This document shows positions 11,140 through 23,910 of a stretch of DNA of 33,555 nucleotides, piece by piece (the stretch's first letter is position 1; each line of letters starts with the position of its first letter). Origin of the DNA: Jimgerdemannia flammicorona (Eukaryota); contig RBNJ01000306.1 in assembly GCA_003990765.1 (NCBI GenBank), forward strand, positions 1-33,555, written 5' to 3'. A program made the position numbers and the translations under genes. The notes under the pieces are model-generated. The model did no database searches. It saw only the letters and a list, made by a program, of their open reading frames with translations, and was not told where the DNA came from.

Positions 11140-14100
11140 CCTAGGGGGTCCCCCTCCCCTCACCCCTTTCTGATGAAAGACCACTTTGTCACCCACTATT
11201 GCCACCCACCCGCCACTCTATTTACAGATCCCCTCCACCTGCCAGCAATGTTGCCCACCCTGGAGACCCCAACCAATCCACCACCTAGTCATTAGATCTT
11301 CCACCAAAGCCTCCCACCTCAACAACTTCTCCTGTATCCCTAATTGTTGCTCTTCCTCAAAAACAAAGAGCCAATGCCCAGCCAAACCAACCTACACCAC
11401 TATAACCCACCCTAATATGAGCCACTCATTGTCTACACCTCCCACCAGTCTAGATCTCAAATCCACCCAGCGACCCCTCTCATCATCCAGCTTCCTTCCT
11501 ACACCCAGCTGGTCTCCTATAGCTATCCAAAAGTCCCCCAACACCTCACATTCTCCCAGCCAATGTTCTGGCATCTGCATAACTCCTCCAGTATGCCCTA
11601 CATCATAATACTCCTCACAATCCAATTGACCACCAACCACCAGATGCCCAGCACGGAAATTCAACATAATATTCCTCCACAGCATTCTCCACCAAACTAC
11701 CTAGAACTTAGGAGGAAGCCATATCTGCACCTCAGCACTCTAGGACCAGATTCCCACCCAGTCCCACTCCTCACCAATCTCCACTGTCTGCCAGCTCTTC
11801 AGCCAAAGGTCCTGGCCAAGTCTCCACTGACACTCCACTCCATCACCAATTTCAAAATCAGCAAGCAGAGACCCCCCTAGAAGCAGTTGGTCTCATCGCC
11901 ATATAGCAGGGCCCCACACCACCTCCCCCTCATTGCTACACCAGTGCAGACCTATCTGGTGCACTCCATCCACCACTCCCCACCAGAAGCCCCTATATCT
12001 TATCTGGCAGCTTCCATTCAGACCCACCAGAGAGAGAAAATCGCCTGAGGACCCTTGAGGGGAGAATCTCTTCTCCCACACCTTCTGCATCAATGGTACC
12101 CAATCTCCTCCCTGCAGCTCCACCACCCTTCTCAACCACCAGGCATATAGACAGTGTGGCCACTTAGGGAAATCTACCAGACCTAGGCCTCCCCTAATTC
12201 CTGGCTCCACCAGAGTATCCCAACTGACCTGGGACCTTCTACCTGTCCAAATCCAATCCCTAGCCAGTTTCATCAGCCTCTTCACCACCCAGGCAGGAAA
12301 GTCTAATTGATATGCCACATACCTCAGCTTGGGGAACCAGTAAACATTCAATATTGAAACCCTCCCTATCAGAGAGATGTGACAACCACTCCAACCTTGA
12401 AGAGTCTCCCCCCATACAGCCACCCTCCTCTCTCACCATACTTGGGATAAGACAGATCTATATATAGAGAGAAAGATACCAAGATACCACACCACCTCTC
12501 CTGTGGGGACAATTGTTCCAATGACATCCCCTCCCACTAGCCCATTTCCCAACACTATTGTCTCACACTTATGTCAGTTGAGTTTTGCTCCAGAGTGTGC
12601 CTCATACCATTCCACTGTTTCTTTAAGCGCCTCTACATCCACCACTGATCCAAGTCCAACTACCATATCATCTGCAAAAGCCCCCACCTTCCACACTATA
12701 CCATATACAGAGAGCCCTGCCACCTTCCTCTGGATTCTATTGATCAAAGGTTCTAGTGAAAGTGCATAAAGAATAGGAGACAGTGGGTCACCCTGGGAGA
12801 CTCCTCTTCCCAAGTGAAATGCCAAACCCCTATGACCATTGCACATTTGCACTACCCTACTGCCTTCTAACAACTTCAACTTAGAAGCCCTAAACTGTTG
12901 TGGAACACCAATTCTATCCAGTACCTTACCTAGCCATACCTGCTGAACATGGTCATAGGTCTTCTCCTGGTCCAGAAATACCAGCCTACCATCCAGACCA
13001 CATGTCTGGACCCCTTCTATGATGCCATGCACCCAGGCAGTCTCATCTCTGATGAGTCTCCCTCCTACAACTCCTCACCCAGCACCTGTTGAGCAACCTT
13101 CTGTAGCCTTGCAACAATCACCTTAGTAACCAACTTCCTGTCCATGTCCAGAAGCATGATCAGCCTCCAGTTCTTCCATTCCTCCCTTCTACCCTTGTCT
13201 TTAAACAATAAGGCCACCAGCCCTAGGTCTTGCTCACCAACCAACTCGCTATTCAGAAGAACATGGTCACAGAGGGCAGCCATCTCTCCTAACACTTCAG
13301 GGACCTTTGCTATCTTCTTCCAGAAGTCCCAAGGCAACCCATCCTCCCCAGGTGCCATCCCAATCTTAGTTGCTGCAAGGACCCCCTGGATCTCCTCCTC
13401 TTGGACTGGTGAGATCAGATCACCCAGTCTCTCTACCTGTGGCAGCTCCTACTCTTCCAGAGCATCACCAATTGCCTCTTCCTCTACACCCCCTTCTTCC
13501 TCACTCCACAGCCCCTGCCAACTCTCCTTCAATACCCCCAAGATCTGTTGTATACCATATATCATATCCCCTCCAGTATCCAAGATGCCATCCCACTGAT
13601 GTCGCACTCTTCTAGCTTTGAGGAGCATAGACAAGTATCTAGTAGGCCACTCCCCCTCCTCTATTGCCTGCCACTGTAGCCTGACAGCCATCTCTCACAT
13701 ATGAATCTCTTCCTCCTCCCTCAACACCTGTTGCAGTTTGACAACCTTCAATTTTGCCCACTCTAACCTCCAATCATCTATCTCCACAGAGGAAAGCAAG
13801 TCTGCCCATTCCATCTACAATCTCATCAGCCTATTTGAAGCACACCATATGTGCCTTCTCCTCTGTCTCCCAGCCTCCCTACCAGCTCTACTCCAATAAA
13901 TCCTTGCAGCCTCCTTCAACTATATCCACCAGACAACCATAGACAAACCCTCATGCCTCTATATCAGAATCTTCTCCTGAACATCCTCCACCCATGAGTC
14001 CCACAACCCCTTCTGAGCCAGCAGGGAGGAGTTAAGGTGGTAATGTCCAGGTCCATCTCCACTCCCCCCAAACTGCCCCTGCCCCAACTGGCCCCAGTGA

Positions 14101-14770
14101 TTGGACCACAGGCACTACTCCACCTCCAAAGTCTTCCAAACATCAGCACCCCAGCATTTAGCCATCAGTATCCAGTCAATCCTTGTACCTAAGCCATTCA
14201 CCCAATGTATATAGACCCTGGTATTGCCCCACGATGTTCTGCCCATATCCCCTAAGGCACTAAGATTCTCCATCTCCTCCCATGCCTCCAGGCCACCACT
14301 CCTCCCACCTACATTTCTCCCTCCATCAGTTCTATCAAGATGCAGATCCTGAACCATATTAAAATCTCTACCCAGAATATCCACTCCTTTCTCCAAGAGA
14401 ATACCCTCCTCCAGCAACTCCTCAATCTATATAATCCTCTCACCCCTTACTGCTGGACAGTAACAGGAGCCAACCCTCACCGATTCTCACCCAGGCCGAA
14501 TCCAATCTTCCCAGACCAATCTGTCACCCCAGTTCCTGATTCCCCCCAGGTCTCCTCTACCCTTCTTCACCAGAATCACCACTTTGCCAAATCAAGCAGT
14601 AGCCCCACCCCATTCTCTAGTCCACTCTACTCAATTATCCTCATTCTCACACCAGACATCCTGCAGTAAGAAGAGTTCAGTCTCCAATCTCTTGAGCCAA
14701 GTAAAAATTGTTCTTACACTACCCAGAACCCCTTAACCCATTCACATTCAAAGAAAAAATATCAGTTGTA
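11140..14770 (-). pseudogene. LINE ORF2: AP endonuclease, reverse transcriptase, C-terminal Cys/His motif (disrupted)
   Basis: SLNVNGLRG, LLQD, ILGRDFN, RIDWIL (APE); APGEDGLP, NWRLIMLLDMDRKL, FLDQEKTYDHV, GVSQGDPLSPILY, AFADD (RT); CEEY..EHWLGEC. Confidence 0.92.
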
Positions 14771-14800
14771 CTGTTTATATGAAATAATGATAGATATCAC

Positions 14801-16836
14801 TCACATCCTCTACAGGTCCACATTCAACTCCTCCTGTGCCAAGTCCAGGTCTCATTCAGCTGCAAGTTCTTTCTTCTCAGCCTCCTGTGCCTCCAACCCT
14901 CCCAGTAGTTCAGCCATCACCCCATCCTCTCTCTCCTCAAAGTCCTTATGATACACCAGACAGGCCTCTCATCAGAGCTGCAAACCATGATGCTCTGCCC
15001 AACAGTAGGCAGCCCTCTCACAAGCAACAACTGCCAACTCCTCCTCTCACACCCTATCAACCTCATATCCCTCCTCCTCCATGAAAATCACCAGAATCTC
15101 CACCTTCAGTGCCTCTACCACCCCATTGCCATGCAAAATCCTTGCCCACTGCTCCTCAGGCATCACATACAGGTCCACCTCTCCCAACTTCTCAGCCACG
15201 AGGTTATCCATCACCTTACTCATCCACAGCAGGTTCCCCACTTCCTTCCCTCCTGGAGTCCCTGGCTGCCCTGCATCCAACATTGTGGTATCAGCTCCCA
15301 CACTGGCAGCCTCATCCCACTCCTCCTCAGGGACATCCACCAGCTTGTCCTTGCCAACCACCACTACCTGGCCCCCTCTCTTCACATCTGGGACCCCAAA
15401 GTGCACCTGCTTGGCCCCCTGCATCAGCACATCCTCTGTTGGCCCTCTCTTCACAACCAGGCCCCTCCTGATAAAGGGGGGGGGGGTGGAATCCATATCC
15501 TACTCCCAGACTTCAAATGTGCAATCTGCAAAGAGGTCCTTGCTCAGATCCTTCCCACCTCCTTCCTTGTTAGCCTCCACCTCCCCTTCTCTTTTACTAG
15601 TCCAGACACTGGCTTCGATACCCCCAGACACCTCAGCCCCATCGACCTTCTTCTTCGCCCCTTCTTTTATACTTGCCCATAGCTCCCTCTGCCTCCTGCA
15701 CCCCTGGGCCCACTTTCACTGCCTCTTATCAGTGTGAATATGCTTCCCATCCACAATCTCCAGATATGTTGACTCCTCAAACACTCGCCAGGCCTTCTTC
15801 CTCCTCTCAACTGCACCACTCAGCTCCTCTAGAGCGTCCAATAAGTCCTCCTCCTCCTCATCACTCCCTTTCACCCTCGACACCTTACAGATAAAGGCCC
15901 CCCACATTAGCACCAATAGCCAGTCACCCACCTTCCTGGTGGCCTCTTTTCCTGCCAGCCAAATCCTGACATCAATATCACCTATCCTGAATGTGGTCCC
16001 CTCCCACATCTGGAAGCCAATGTCCACCACCTCACCATACTCCACCATCACCTCCTCCACCCTCCTCCTAGTCTCCTTCTTCATTACTGTTGGCACCCCC
16101 TTCACCAGAAGCTACACCACTCTGGGGTCCCACCTCAAGCACTGCACCATGGGGACCACCACTTTCCCCACCACTATGCCAGCTTTCAGAGCCTCGTCTA
16201 GTAGTCCTGCCTCCTCAAAGCCCACCTCAACACCCTCCAGCCCCTTTAGGAACTTCACTGATGCTGCCCCAGCCATCTGCTTCAAAATCAGCCCCAGAAC
16301 CATCCTTGCCATCACCACCAAGCCTCAAAAGCACAGAGTGGCTGCAAACTCTGAGATCAATTTCTTGAGTAACAGGGCCACCGCAGGTCAGTTACACCAT
16401 CTGCCAGGTCCCCCTTCTCCATTGGGACCCCCTGCCACACCTGGCCATCAGCAGTCACATCTCTTTTTTTTTTCTGATCCCCCATCACAATCCCATCAAC
16501 AGTCATACCCTTAGCCACAGCCCCTCCTGCCCCTATGCTTCCATCTCCACCCTGAGGGCCACTCCCCCTCCTGATGCTAGCCTTGCCCTTCCCCTCAGCA
16601 GTGCCAGCCCTGGTTCCAGTAGACCAACCACCTGCCCTCACCTTGTCAGCAAAGCTGGTAGAGCCAGGCCTTCCTCCAGCTCCACCTAATATCAGTCCTC
16701 CTCCAGAGCCTCTGCCACCCTTTGATCCTCCAAAATCCCCCATCCCCAAACCATACCCTCTCCCCACATGCTGCCAGCTGAAAGCCCCAGGTCCACCCAA
16801 CCCAGTATACCCATTAGAACTCTTGCTTGATGACAT
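14801..16836 (-). pseudogene. LINE ORF1 (Gly-rich N-terminus, RRM-like core, acidic C-terminus), disrupted
   Basis: ATG at 16836; ORF fragments 16112-16321, 15716-16105 and 15047-15496 share one frame; KGVP..VMVEYGEVVDI resembles L1/Tx1 ORF1 RRM regions. Confidence 0.75.
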
Positions 16837-16905
16837 GTTTATAATACCTTTCCTCTGAGTTGTATTGAAAAACTGCTGCTTGAAGTTTGTGTAACATGAT
16901 TTGTG

Positions 16906-16921
16906 ATGGTACTCCTTTCTT
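16906..16921. repeat. LINE target-site duplication, right copy
   Basis: ATGGTACTCCTTTCTT, identical to 11016-11031. Confidence 0.95.
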
Positions 16922-17341
16922 GAGAAGGATTCAGATTGGGGTGGCAATTTGAGCAAAATCCTTAATAAACCTTCTGTAGTAGGATACCAGCATCAGTAAT
17001 GATAATATTTCCTTTGTGGTATTGAGTAGTGGCCAATTGTTGATCTTTTCAGTTCTCTTTGGGTCTGCATGGATTTCTACTTTTGAAACTATGAATCCAA
17101 GGAATTCAAGTTTCTGTTTTCCAAAGTAGCATTTCTTTATATTCAGTCTCAAGTGGTTTTTGTAGGTGAGCTTGAAGAATTCCTCTAGGTAGTATAGGTA
17201 TTCTTTAAAATTTACTGAATAGATGTTGGAATTATCCATATATACAATCAGGCAGTGGTGGATCAAGGGGGCATAGACTGAATTCATCATTCTCTGAAAG
17301 GTGGGGGTGTATTGCAAAGTCCAAAGGACATTCAGAGGTAT
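16922..17341 (-). pseudogene. Element A RT core fragment stranded between the LINE and element C
   Basis: SFGLCN, PTFQRMMN, VYMDN (YxDD decayed), KKCYF, LEFLGFIVS, SYYRRFIKDFAQIA. Confidence 0.92.
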
Positions 17342-17821
17342 TGTAAGAGGGTTGCTTTTTTGAGTAACCATTACATAGTTCTGGGAGAGTTTTCTGAAAG
17401 TTCTGGATATTCTGGAAGACTGTTTTCTTATGGTCAAGATCAATTTCATATGGAGTACATCCTCTATACTTATTGATTTCAAGTTTGGGTTGACATCTCA
17501 ACCAAAGACCTTTTTCGAACTAGTTCTGGATGTTCAGGATTTTCCATATTTCAGGAAGTTCAAGAAACTAAGATCAGCTTAGTTGCATTGGCATATCACT
17601 GCAGACAATACCCAATTAGGAAATTTCGTGATAGGGTTAGGAGTGAGACCTAACAGAGAGCAGATTTACTTAAGAGTAGTTTGTGGGTTATCAAATAGGT
17701 TTATTCGCTATTCATGATATTGCTATACTAGGAGTAGTTGTGTGAAGGGATATTGTGGGGAAGTGCTCAGGAGTTGTGTTCAGATTGTTCAAGTCTGAGA
17801 TTCTGAGGTCTGGAGGAGAGG

Positions 17822-17957
17822 GTATTTATACTAGTGAAAGGCTATCTGGACTATACTAGATATAGATATAGCACTTAAGTACTTTGCTGAGTCAGAATGC
17901 AGTCACATAGTACAAGTGTGATCTGATATATCAAGAGATCAACTGACTGCTGAGTCA
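17822..17957 (-). promoter_or_regulatory. Putative LTR promoter of element C: two AP-1/Gcn4-type sites and a TATA box
   Basis: TGAGTCA at 17888-17894 and 17951-17957; minus-strand TATAAATA at ~17823-17830; AATAAA at ~17700-17705; all present in the other LTR. Confidence 0.55.
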
Positions 17958-18019
17958 GTTCACAGTCACATCATACAAGACTAATCTAACTATACTATGA
18001 CTGCTAAGCTATTTATGAT

Positions 18020-19106
18020 TTAGGCACTGTCTGGGTAGTCTTCAATGATATCACCATCGATGACATTATCTCTGATGAAGTGGTTATCCAGGAAAAGTGG
18101 TTCATGGATTACTTCTCCTTATTGACTGAGGTAGTAATATATTGGGACTTCATCACCATCCCACAGGATGGCATCATCTGTCTCATATGCTGGATAAGGT
18201 GTTGGTGGGTGAAGGAGCAGTGCATCATCTTCGCTTTCATCAGTTTTGCTATCTGCATACCTTCTATAGGTTACAGCACTATGAGTCACAGGATTGTAGT
18301 AAGCTGGTGCCTGTGGTTCATGTCACTCATACTCAGTTGGTGGAGTGGTTGGTTCAATCTCAAGAGTTGTCTGGAGGTATAGGTTGTGTTCTCCAGTCTC
18401 TTCATTATAGTTGAAGTAATCAGAGGTGAATGTGGATTGGTATTTATGCCAGTGGTCATTGTCCCAATAAGTCTCATATACTGTTATGAATTGTTGTAAG
18501 TTCATCAGCAAGGTTGGTGGTGTGATCAGGGTTGGCAGAGATCCTTGGCTTGAGGTCATGTTGGTGTCAGAGGGATTGTTGTCTTCTGCTTCATCTTCAT
18601 CAAAGTGGATTATATCATAGATATCCTTTATGATGTATCTGACTTGGGACATTTGCAGGATATGATCATTGGGGTGGGGGAAGGTTCTGTCTGTGGTTTT
18701 GACATACTCGAGGTACTTGTGGTTGAGTTCTTGTATCATATTGTCGATTTGGCCATAGGACAGGGTAGCAACCATTTCGGCTATAGTAACTCGGAGGCAG
18801 GGAATAACAGTGCTATATTCATAGAAGAGTTCTCAATGTTTGCGGGCAATGAGTTTCTGGTGTTGAGACATCTGGGTAATGTTTGTATCATGGTGGTGTT
18901 CGACCATGTCTTCCAGGAGATGTCCAATCTGGTAGTAGCTTGAGATTTGTCCAATCTGGTGGGCCTTGTTCAGCATGTTGAGAGCATTCCATTGGGCTTC
19001 CATAAAGTAGAGGGGTGCTAGGCTATGGATATTCATGAGGGGCAGAGGGGGTGTGGCTCAGTTGACAATGGCATTCCAAATGTCAGTGCAGATATGGTGT
19101 GATCAT
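18020..19106 (-). pseudogene. LTR-embedded ORF of unknown function, 3' LTR copy
   Basis: ORFs 18833-19036 and 18323-18775 are in the same frame and continue to TAA at 18020-18022; the 5' end is frameshifted by the 11-bp deletion. Confidence 0.7.
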
Positions 19107-19326
19107 GTTTGTATGTTTGGAAGTTGTGGTTGTTGTTTGTTTTGGTTCTCTGTTTCGATGTGTCTCAGTACTCGGTATATATGTATTTGTTCCTGATTGG
19201 TAAGATTCTGTTCATGTGAATCTTGTGTTCTGTGACTTCATGTTAACTCAGCATTGTGTACTGTGACTTTGGTTTGACTCAGCTTCATGATCAAGCAGGT
19301 GATTTCCAGATTTGTTTGGAGGTCAC

Positions 19327-19409
19327 GTGTGATTTTAGTGGCTTGTTCAGAGGGTGATGTGTGATTTCAGTGGCTTGTTCATAAGGTGATGTGTGATTTC
19401 GGTGGCTTG
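19327..19409. repeat. 32-bp tandem repeat (~2.6 copies) at the U3 end of LTR C; also at ~27920-28002
   Basis: Unit GTGTGATTT(T/C)AGTGGCTTGTTCAGAGGGTGAT, head to tail with no spacers. Confidence 0.85.
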
Positions 19410-19426
19410 GAGGTTGTGCACTTACA

Positions 19427-19443
19427 ACTCTCCCCTTCTTAGC
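19427..19443 (-). promoter_or_regulatory. Polypurine tract of element C
   Basis: Minus strand GCTAAGAAGGGGAGAGT directly before TGTAAG of the 3' LTR. Confidence 0.9.
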
Positions 19444-19848
19444 TTTTGATGTCCTTGTCGGGACCTTCCAATTTTGTTCTAGTGTTGTTACACTGTTTGA
19501 GAGGTCAATAGTCCAGTGAAGTCCATTTATCTCAAAAAGTGGCATGCTCATAGTACAGTTGCCTAACACATTGGATTCATATATTAAAGGGTCATGTGTT
19601 CAATGCTGTATGCCAGAAGTGATTCTGATGTCATTCACTGCTGGAGAATTTCCTCTAAGGAATCTTCTTAAATGTCTATACCTCATTTCCCATCAGTGAT
19701 ACAGGGAGAATAGGCTGGCTTTCAGTTTTGCTATTTTTTCCAGAGAGTCAGTATTCTTGTCTTGTTTTGCTGAGTTCTTGATTTTTGATAATTATAGTGT
19801 TTGGGAGGATAATATATAGTATGTATGGATAGGTGCAGAGTATTTGGT

Positions 19849-20015
19849 TTAGTTGTTCAAGGAATCATATTTCTGAACTAAGTCAGTAGCATTCTGGAGG
19901 TTGGTCTTAGGTTTCCAGTTTGCATCATGGATTGGATAATCTTTCCATTTAACAAGGTACTCAGGGTGGTTCTTGTGGCCATGTTTGTTGAGGATTTGTT
20001 CAACTTCATACTCTT
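19849..20015 (-). pseudogene. Chromodomain at the integrase C-terminus of element C
   Basis: EYEVEQILNKH..EYLVKWKDYPIHDANWKPKTNL retains the aromatic Y/W/Y residues. Confidence 0.92.
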
Positions 20016-23000
20016 CTTGGTCATTAATAATGACAGGTGCAGGTGGTTTCATGTTTCAGTTAGGGAATAGTTCATCATCATTCTCATCATATCACTTGAG
20101 ACATTGGATATTGAAGACTGGATAAACTTAATAGTGTCTGGTAGTGACAATTTGTAGGAGGTTAGAGAGACTTATGCATGACTTCAAATGGTCCAATGAA
20201 CTTGCTGTTCAGCTTTGTAGATGGACTGTGCTTGAGGTTATCAACTCGGTATTCTCTGATATCCAGTAGACCTTTTTCTCCAATATCAAAGGTTTCTTCT
20301 CAGCAGTGTTGGTTAACATACTGTGACTGTTGTTCTTGAGCTCATGATAAATTCTCGATGGCAATCTGGCTTAGATTGCGCATTCAGAGTAAGAATTCTT
20401 CAATAGCTTTGACTGTGGAGGGTTCTTCAGTGGTTCAGATAAGTGTCAAAGGAGTGTTTGGGTTTTGTTCAGTGTTGGCGAAGAATGGGGTCATTCCCAG
20501 GGAGGCTTGCTTGCTGTTGTTATAAGCAAACTCAACTGTGGTCAGGTGTTCATGCCAATCATCTTGTCTGTAGAAAACATAGTTTCTTAGCATTTATTCT
20601 AGAGTTTGGTTCATTCTTTCAGTTTGGCCATCAGTTTCTGGATGAAAGGCTATGGATAGTGCAAGTTTTGTTCCAAGGTGTGCATGGAGGGCTTTCCAAA
20701 AATGGCTGGTAAATTTTGGGTCTCAGTCACTAACAATGATCTTAGGAAGACTATGATAGTGGAAGATATTGTCAAATAAGAGTGTGGCTATGTCTGGTGC
20801 TGTTGCAGTAGTGGTAGTAGGCACAAAGTAGACTTGTTTGCTGAGGTAATCTACAAAGACAACAATTGCATCTTTTCTATTCTTGGTTCAGAGTAGTTAT
20901 ACAATGAAGTCCATAGAGATTTGTTCCCAATTTGCAGATGATACTGGGATAGAGTGAAGTAAGCTGGGTTTTGCTAGTGTTGAGGACTTGTTTTGTTGGC
21001 AGGTATCACAGGAAGTGATATAGGTTTTGAGCTGATCTGCCATGCAGGACCAATAGAAGTTTTGGGAGATAACTTCATAGCATTTGTTGAATCCTAAATA
21101 TCCAGCTATAGGTGCATTATGACATTCAAATAGGATAGTCCTTTGGAGTTCTCAGTTGTTTAGGACATACAGTCTGTCCTTATAGTAGATAGTATTGTCC
21201 TTCAGTTGGTATTAGTGATACTGTGTATGCTTGTTGGCATCATCACTGTTCAGGATTTCTCAAAGTACTTGAGCTTCCTTTTCATCAGCACATACTGTGA
21301 TAATTTATTCTATGATGGAGTTTGTAACCAAGGTGAGAGTTTGGATAACTTCTTCGATTGGTGGTCTGGAGATTACATCAGCAACAATATTTTCCTTGCC
21401 AGGGCAGTACTGGATTTTGTAGTCAAAGTTGGTGAGGACTTTCATCCATCTGGCTTGCTTTCGAGAAAGGGTAGCCTGTGTCTTGATATTAACTAATGAT
21501 TTGTGGTCAGTCAATATAGTGAAGTGTACTCCTTCTAAGTATGGTCACCATTTGATCAGGGTGTCTACAATAGCTAACATTTCCTTTTCATAGGTTACAT
21601 AGTTGATTTCGGCATCATTGAACTTGCGGGAGTGATAGGCCACAGGGTGTCCTTCTTGCATGAGTACTGCTCGAAGGGCTAGGTCAGAGGCATTAGTAGT
21701 GACTTCATATGGTAGGGCAGGGTTTGCTGCTCAAAGTACTGGAGTGGTTATCAAGGCATCCTTCAGTGCTTAAAAGGCAGTATCTTGCTCGGGTCCCCAA
21801 TTTACAAGATTGTTGAAGTCTTTCTCTTGTTTCATGGTCCAGAGTTATTCTTGTTTCTTGCTGTGCTTGGTCATTTGGGTGAGGGTGGTAGCAATTTTAG
21901 CAAAGTTGGCAACAAATTGCTTGTAATAGTTTGCTAATCCCAGGAATGACTGGAGATCTTTCAGCTTCTTGAGTCTGGGCCAATCTTTGATTGCAGAGAT
22001 TTTGCTGAGGTCCACTTTAATTCTATTTGGAGTGACAATGTGTCCAAGAAATTGAATTTCTTTCAGGAGAAATTCACACTTGCTGAGTTTTGCAAAGAGT
22101 CAGTTTTCTCAGAGTTTCAGTAGTACTAGTTCAAGGTGTTCAAGATGTTCTGCCAGCATTTTGCTGAAGACTAGGATGTCGTCAATGTAGACAACAACGA
22201 ATTTGTCCAGATATGGGTGCAGGATAATATTCATCAGGGTCTGGAAGGTTGCATGAGCATTAGTTAAGCCAAAGGGCATAAACAGGAACTCAAAGTGTTC
22301 ATAGTGAGTTTGGAAGGCTGTCTTGTAGATGTCTTCTTCTTTCATGGCAATTTGCCAGTAATCATTTCGCAGGTCAAAGGAGCTCATGAATTGCAGGTTG
22401 GTAAGTCTATCGAATATTTCATCATTCCTCAGTAGTAGGCAACAGTTCTTGATAGTCTGTTCATTGAGATCACAGTAGTCAATGCACATTTGCAGGTTTC
22501 CTCCTTTCTTGACAACAAATAGGACTGGTATACCATAAGATGATATGCTGGGTCTGATGAATCCTTGTTCTAGGAGTTCATCAATTTCTTTCTTGAGTAC
22601 ATTGATTTCTCTTGGAGACATGTGGTAGATTGACTTGAAGGCTGGTTTTGCATCTGGGATAGTCTTGATGGTATGGTCTACTACTCATTTAAGAGGTAGG
22701 CCTTTTGGGAGCTTCTTTGGGATATGTCTCGAAATTTCTGGAGTAGTGGTCTGACACAACTGTCAACTTTGAAAAAATCTTCTCCAGAGTTCTTGGGTTC
22801 TCCTTTGGATGGGTGGATGGAGATGGCAAAGAGAGGGCATTTCTTGGTCAATTTCTTGAGTTGTAGCTTGTTAATGTGGGTGATCTTTGGTCCAGGGTCA
22901 CTAGAATTAAGTAGGTCCTTTTCACCTTGCAGTTTGAAGTTGTGGCATCCTTTCTTAATGGTCAGAGAATGGTTTACCCAATCAATCATGGGGTTCTCTT

Positions 23001-23504
23001 GTTTCAACCATAGGGTTCTAAGGATGATTTTGTTATCAGGGAGTGGTATGATCTGGAGGGTAATATGTACTCAGTAGTTACCAATTCAGAAGGGTAGATT
23101 GTGGACTTCTTTGCTAATGATATGTGAGGTTCCATCAGCTGTGGCAACTGCTTGAGTTTGTTGTACTGGAGAGGTAAAAACCTTGAGTCTGTTGGCTATT
23201 TCCTCATTGATAAAGTTGCCTAAGGCACCACTGTCTATCATAATCTTGACAGATGCTCGGTTAATGAAAGCTTTAAGTGTAAGCAGTTTGTCTGATCCAA
23301 TGGTGGTGATTTCAGTTGTAGGGGCTTTCCTTCTGTTGGTTCTTCTTTGTCCCAGTTCATTGACACAAGAGAAGCAATCATCAATCATTCGGGAAGAGTA
23401 CATTCCAATGCCATGAGGGCATCAGCCACTTGGTATATATCTGTCTTTGATCTTCTTGTAGAATTGTTCTTTTTTGCTCATAGTAGGTTGGGCTGGGGCC
23501 TTGT

Positions 23505-23910
23505 TCGATGAGCCAAATCCTTTGGATCCTTGGATGGTAGGTAGTAGTTCAGGGACCTCTTTGACTGTCAGGGTTGATTCCATTTTTTCAAATAGAATCT
23601 GGGCAATGCAGAAACCAATAGGGATCTTGAAGGGTGTCCAACTGTGGTTTCAGATGAGGACAATAATTTCGCCTATATAATCTTCATCAATGACTCCTCC
23701 TCCTACTGAGAGTCCTTTCAATGCTAGGCTGCTGCATATTCTTCCAACATGTCCTTCAGGAATTTGGATACTGATTCCTGTGTAGACTTCCTTGACTTCT
23801 TGGTTGGAAACTGTAGCTTCTTCAGCTGCATACAGGTCATATCCAGCTGCTTTTTGACTTCTTTTGGTTGGGACCTTGGCAGTTTGCCTTAACTTGACAA
23901 AGTCTAGTGT
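23505..23910 (-). pseudogene. dut: dUTPase domain of element C (between nucleocapsid and protease)
   Basis: AAGYDLYA, TGISIQIPEGHVGRI, SSLALKG, GGVIDEDYIGEI, IAQILF, GSKGFGSS. Confidence 0.92.

Larger units (their letters stand above)
11032..16905 (-). mobile_element. Full-length non-LTR retrotransposon (L1/Tx1-type LINE), 5874 bp
   Basis: Poly(A) tail (T run to 11057), 16-bp TSD, 69-nt 5' UTR, ORF1 and APE-RT ORF2; G-rich sense strand contrasts with the flanks. Confidence 0.95.
17342..19426 (-). repeat. 3' LTR of element C (2085 bp)
   Basis: Direct repeat of 25924-28019, differing mainly by transitions plus an 11-bp net deletion near 19095. Confidence 0.97.

Noticed and set aside
11186..16858. 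Many Pro/Ser/His-rich plus-strand ORFs of up to 244 aa
   Set aside because: Antisense shadows of the G-rich LINE sense strand; the C-rich strand is naturally poor in stop codons.
16931..17482. 183-aa ORF with RT motifs
   Set aside because: Chimeric: it begins in the LTR of element C and runs across the junction into the RT of element A.
18080..18943. Plus-strand ORFs repeated at 26662-27525
   Set aside because: They recur only because the LTR is duplicated; they are antisense to the longer reconstructable minus-strand ORF and have no promoter evidence.
19327..19409. 32-bp repeats as a CRISPR array
   Set aside because: Head-to-tail with no spacers, inside a eukaryotic LTR, with no cas genes.
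19463..19848. Possible env or extra ORF between chromodomain and PPT of element C
   Set aside because: No sustained frame, signal peptide or transmembrane segment; ORF 19291-19569 crosses the PPT into tandem repeats.
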